64,000 nucleotides of DNA from Auanema rhodensis (Eukaryota; Animalia; Nematoda). Each line of letters begins with the position of its first letter. Positions within the stretch are counted from its first letter, which is position 1. Below the pieces are notes generated by a model. It had not been told where the DNA came from. It searched no databases and worked only from the letters and a program-made list of their open reading frames with translations. The DNA lies in contig OZ059895.1 in assembly GCA_964057225.1 (NCBI GenBank), positions 10,540,001 to 10,604,000 on the forward strand. Reading direction: 5' to 3'. Below, in pieces: positions 61,771 to 64,000 of the stretch. Made by a program: the position numbers and the translations under genes.

Positions 61771-64000
61771 CCTAGAAATACGTGCATCATCATATTCAAC
61801 TTAAAATCGACTGTTTGATAATATAAATTAGGTTTTGTAAGTATATATCAATAGTAATCATGTTTTGCGGCGGGTTCCACTTGCTATTTCGTTTGATTTT
61901 TATGAAAAATTAAATATTCTAAAAATTTTATTTCTTGTCCGAGAACTACGTGCTACATCTCATTAAACTAAGACTTAGTTGATTGAGAAGGCAAAACAAA
62001 TTTTGTTAGCACAGAACCATATTAATCATATTTTCCGGCGCGCTCAAATTGCTATTTTGTTCGATTTTTATGAAAAATTAAAAATTTTAAAATGTTTATT
62101 TTTTAGCAATAGAAATACGTGCATCATCTTATTCAACTCAAAATCGACTGTTTGATAATATAATTTAGGTTTTGTAAGCATATATCCATAGTAATCATGT
62201 TTTGCGGCTGGTTCAACTTGCTATTTCGTTTGATTTTATGAAAAACCAAATTTTTAAAATGTTTATTTTTAGCCCTAGAAATACGTGCTACATCTCATTA
62301 AACTAAGAATTAGTTAATTAAAGAGCTAAAACAAATTTTGTTAGCACAGAACCATATTAATCATATTTTACGGCGGGCTCAAGTTGCTATTTTGTTCGAT
62401 TTTTATGAAAAATTAAAAATTTTTAAATGTTTATTTTTAGCCCTAGAAATACGTGCAACACCTTATTAAACTCAAAATCGACTGTTTGATAATTTAAATT
62501 TGGTTTTGTAAGCATATATCCATAGTAATCATGTTTTGCGGCGGGCTCTACTTGCTATTTCGTTTGATTTTCATGAAAAATTAAATATTCTAAAAATTTT
62601 ATTTCTTGTCCGAGAAGTACGTGCTACATCTCATTTAAGGAAGACTTAGTTGATTGAGAAGGCAAAACAAATTTTGTTAGCACAGAACCATATTAATCAT
62701 ATTTTCCGGCGGGCTCAAGTTGCTATTTTGTTCGATTTTTATGAAAAATTAAAAATTTTTAAATGTTTATTTTTAGCCCTAGAAATACGTGCAACACCTT
62801 ATTAAACTCAAAATCGACTGTTTGATAATTTAAATTTGGTTTTGTAAGCATATATCCATAGTAATCATGTTTTGCGGCGGGCTCTACTTGCTATTTCGTT
62901 TGATTTTCAAGAAAAATTAAATATTCTAAAAATTTTATTTCTTGTCCTAGAACTACGTGCTACATCTCATTAAACTAAGAATTAGTTGATTGAAAAAGCA
63001 AAACAAATTTTGTTAGCACAGAACCATATTAATCATATTTTACGGCGCGCTCAAGTTGCTATTTTGTTCGATTTTTATGAAAAATAAAAAAGTTTAAAAT
63101 GTTTATTTTTAGCCCTAGAAATACGTGCATCATCATATTCAACTTAAAATCGACTGTTTGATAATTTAAATTTGGTTTTGTAAGCATATATCCATAGTAA
63201 TCATGTTTTGCGGCGGGCTCTACTTGCTATTTCGTTTGATTTTTATGAAAAATTAAATATTCTAAAAATATTATTTTTTGTCCTAGAACTACGTGCTACA
63301 TCTCATTAAACTAAGAATTAGTTAATTAAAGAGCTAAAACAAATTTTGTTAGCACAGAACCATATTAATCATATTTTACGGCGGGCTCAAGTTGCTATTT
63401 TGTTCGATTTTTATGAAAAATTAAAAATTTTTAAATGTTTATTTTTAGCCCTAGAAATACGTGCAACATCTTATTAAACTCAAAATCGACTGTTTGATAT
63501 TTTAAATTTGGTTTCGTAAGCATATATCCATAGTAATCATGTTTTGCGGCGGGCTCTACTTGCTATTTCGTTTGATTTTCATGAAAAATTAAATATTCTA
63601 AAAATTTTATTTCTTGTCCTAGAACTACGTGCTACATCTCATTAAACTAAGAATTAGTTAATTAAAGAGCTAAAACAAATTTTGTTAGCACAGAACCATA
63701 TTAATCATATTTTCCGGCGCGCTCAAATTGCTATTTTGTTCGATTTTTATGAAAAATTAAAAATTTTAAAATGTTTATTTTTTAGCAATAGAAATACGTA
63801 CATCATCTTATTCAACTCAAAATCGATTGTTTGATAATATAAATTAGGTTTTGTAAGCATATATCCATAGTAATCATGTTTTGCGGCTGGTTCAACTTGC
63901 TATTTCGTTTGATTTTATGAAAAACCAAATTTTTAAAATGTTTATTTTTAGCCCTAGAAATACTTTCAACATCTTATTCATTTCAAAGTTGACTTTTTGA

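Larger units (their letters stand above)
44160..64000 (+). repeat. Satellite array, right part: left-type trimers to about 46167, then a second subfamily (336-bp A/C-type dimers plus 166-bp monomers)
   Basis: Same orientation and conserved boxes as the left array. New diagnostic variants appear from about 46170: TTTGTAAGCAT, GAACTACGTG, AAATCGACTG, TTAATTAAAGAGCT, and a 166-bp monomer with GAAAAACCAAATT / CATTTCAAAGTTGAC (e.g. 47188-47353, 47354-47519). The array runs off the right edge. Confidence 0.97.

Noticed and set aside
1-64000. Strand inversions or telomeric repeats in the array
   Set aside because: All monomers read in the same orientation. TTAGG occurs only once per C monomer, never in tandem.

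Overview
Eukaryotic satellite-DNA window, not a prokaryotic locus. About 59 kb is one head-to-tail, single-orientation, AT-rich tandem array of related 166-177 bp monomers (roughly 345 copies, estimated from length). On the left (1-39018) the basic unit is a 513-bp trimer (A 168 + B 177 + C 168). It is locally re-amplified into larger higher-order repeats (periods 2229, 1362, 1879, 1360, 2055 and 1031 bp) and includes a pure run of 15 x 177-bp monomers. At 39019-44159 the array is interrupted by a 5'-truncated Ty3/Gypsy LTR retrotransposon with a single uninterrupted gag-pol frame (CCHC knuckle, PR, RT, RNase H, IN) and a probable 355-bp 3' LTR. It has no 5' LTR, PBS or TSD. Its protein style recalls nematode Cer-like elements (from memory, not a search). 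From about 46170 the satellite shifts to a second subfamily built from A/C-type dimers plus a new 166-bp monomer, and the 177-bp monomer is lost after about 52 kb. The best candidate for a new system is the integrase, which ends in an AT-hook-like motif (RRIRGRPKK-stop) instead of a chromodomain, in an element sitting inside a satellite rich in A-tracts and AT palindromes. This could be a satellite-targeting mechanism, but it is a hypothesis. The many 62-aa ORFs are artefacts of the repeat.
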